From Mobula hypostoma (taxonomy: Eukaryota), in the NCBI RefSeq assembly GCF_963921235.1, contig NC_086108.1, forward strand, positions 70,868,001 to 70,932,000: a DNA stretch of 64,000 nucleotides, read 5' to 3'. The translations under genes were made by a program, and so were the position numbers. The notes beneath the pieces were generated by a model. That model had not been told where the DNA came from. It searched no databases and saw only the letters and a program-made list of their open reading frames with translations. Position 1 is the first letter of the stretch. Every line of letters starts with the position of its first letter. Below are positions 62,680-64,000 of this stretch, one piece after another.

Positions 62680-64000
62680 GACTTCCGGTAGAGCTCATGG
62701 AGTGAAGTCGTGTTCTTGACTTGTTCCATTACCTCTGAGTTTTATCCTATGATCAGCTACATTTAAGCAAACTTTTAAGGCACCAACTTTTAGAATACCT
62801 TGCAGCGGATTGCTATTATATATTTGGATGCTTTTAATGTCTGCTATGTCTAAGAACGGGAAAGACGGCAAACCTCTGGTTAGACCAAAAGTTACCGACC
62901 CCCCCCCCCCGCCCCTCCGATTGAACCAGCGGTAACTTTGCAAGCTGTATCGGATCTGATTCGTGTGGAAGTTTCATCTAAACTGCAGAAAATCATCGAT
63001 GAAATTGATAAGAAGAAAACATCTATCACGGAACATCAGACTGCTATATCTAATCTCCAAGTATCCACGCAACAGAATGAACTCAATATGGGGAAAATTG
63101 AAGAAACAATTACTGCAATGAAGAAAAAACTTGACTTTCTGACCTTCCAAAATTCTGACTTAGAATGCAGAATGCGACGGCAGAATATAAGGATTCTTGG
63201 TCTTCGTGAAGCTGCTGAATCTGATGACCCTATAAAGTTTTTCCCTCAACTTTTAAAGGATTCATTTCCCACCTTATTTCCTGATCAACCACCACTACTG
63301 GATCGGGCTCACAGAGTCCCATTATATTCGCCTAAGTCAGATAAACTTCAGCATGTTATTTTACGATTTCATTATTTTCAAGACAAGGAGAAGCTGCTTC
63401 GCTTTGCTCGACCTAAAGGTTACATTGATTTCTCGGATCTCCACTTTCCATTGGTGGAAGATTTTAGTAAACAGGTTCGTGATCAATGTGTCCATTACAG
63501 ATCTGTGATGTCGGAATTCTACAAGATGGATTTAAAACCAGTGTTGCTTTATCTCACACGTTTGAGGATTTGATTGTCTGATGGGTCTTCCCGTTTTTTC
63601 GACTCTCCTTCGGAAGCCCAGAGTTACCTGGATCAACACCTGCCTTCAACATCTTAATCGCACTATTAAATCATCTCTGTCTGATCAGAGGCAGTTAATC
63701 TGTTGGGTTTAATTTTTTTCTTTTGCTTTATATGAGGGCAGAAATGTTTTTTTTTGGTTTAATTAATATGGTTGCCAAACCTTTTTTTAACTGCGTCATC
63801 CCTTTCTTCTTCCCTGGGGATTCTGGGTGGCCATTCCCACAGCATCATTTTACACATAACCCTGGAGGCCTTAAACTTTGTAGTTTTCAAACGTACCTTT
63901 TGTAGTTTTCTTGGCTAGTCTATGCTAATATTTCATTTTCTTGTTTAATTATACAGTCTGTTGTAGGTTAACGGTTTTCTTTACATGTACCTGTTTTTTC
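62680..64000 (+). mobile_element. L1-clade 5' UTR and ORF1, running off the window
   Basis: Starts near gacttccggt; coiled coil, DLECRMRRQNIRILGL, LDRAHRV, VILRFHYFQDKE, VEDFS. Confidence 0.85.

Overview
AT-rich, repeat-dense vertebrate genomic DNA. The repeat content (abundant CR1, HE1/V-type SINEs, Penelope-like, Rex1 and L1) suggests a cartilaginous fish such as a ray or shark; this is an inference. Two host genes are supported, both on the minus strand. (1) A complete 10-coding-exon ECHDC2 (ATG 37740 to stop 2437). I assembled it by hand from splice sites: 199+68+88+87+93+57+188+51+48+78 = 957 nt, 318 aa. It has a mitochondrial-type N-terminus and one GC-AG intron. (2) The last coding exon of TMEM53 (57261-57953); its upstream exons were not found in the window. 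Most of the rest is decayed and often nested transposable elements. I found no convincing novel protein-coding system. The best leads are: a TSD-bounded ORF1-only (HAL1-like) L1 derivative, a three-TIR mariner derivative, a tRNA-SINE head carrying two different tails, decayed hammerhead-ribozyme motifs in Penelope-like repeats, and a long imperfect palindrome in unique-looking intronic DNA. TE boundaries are approximate unless TSDs are quoted.
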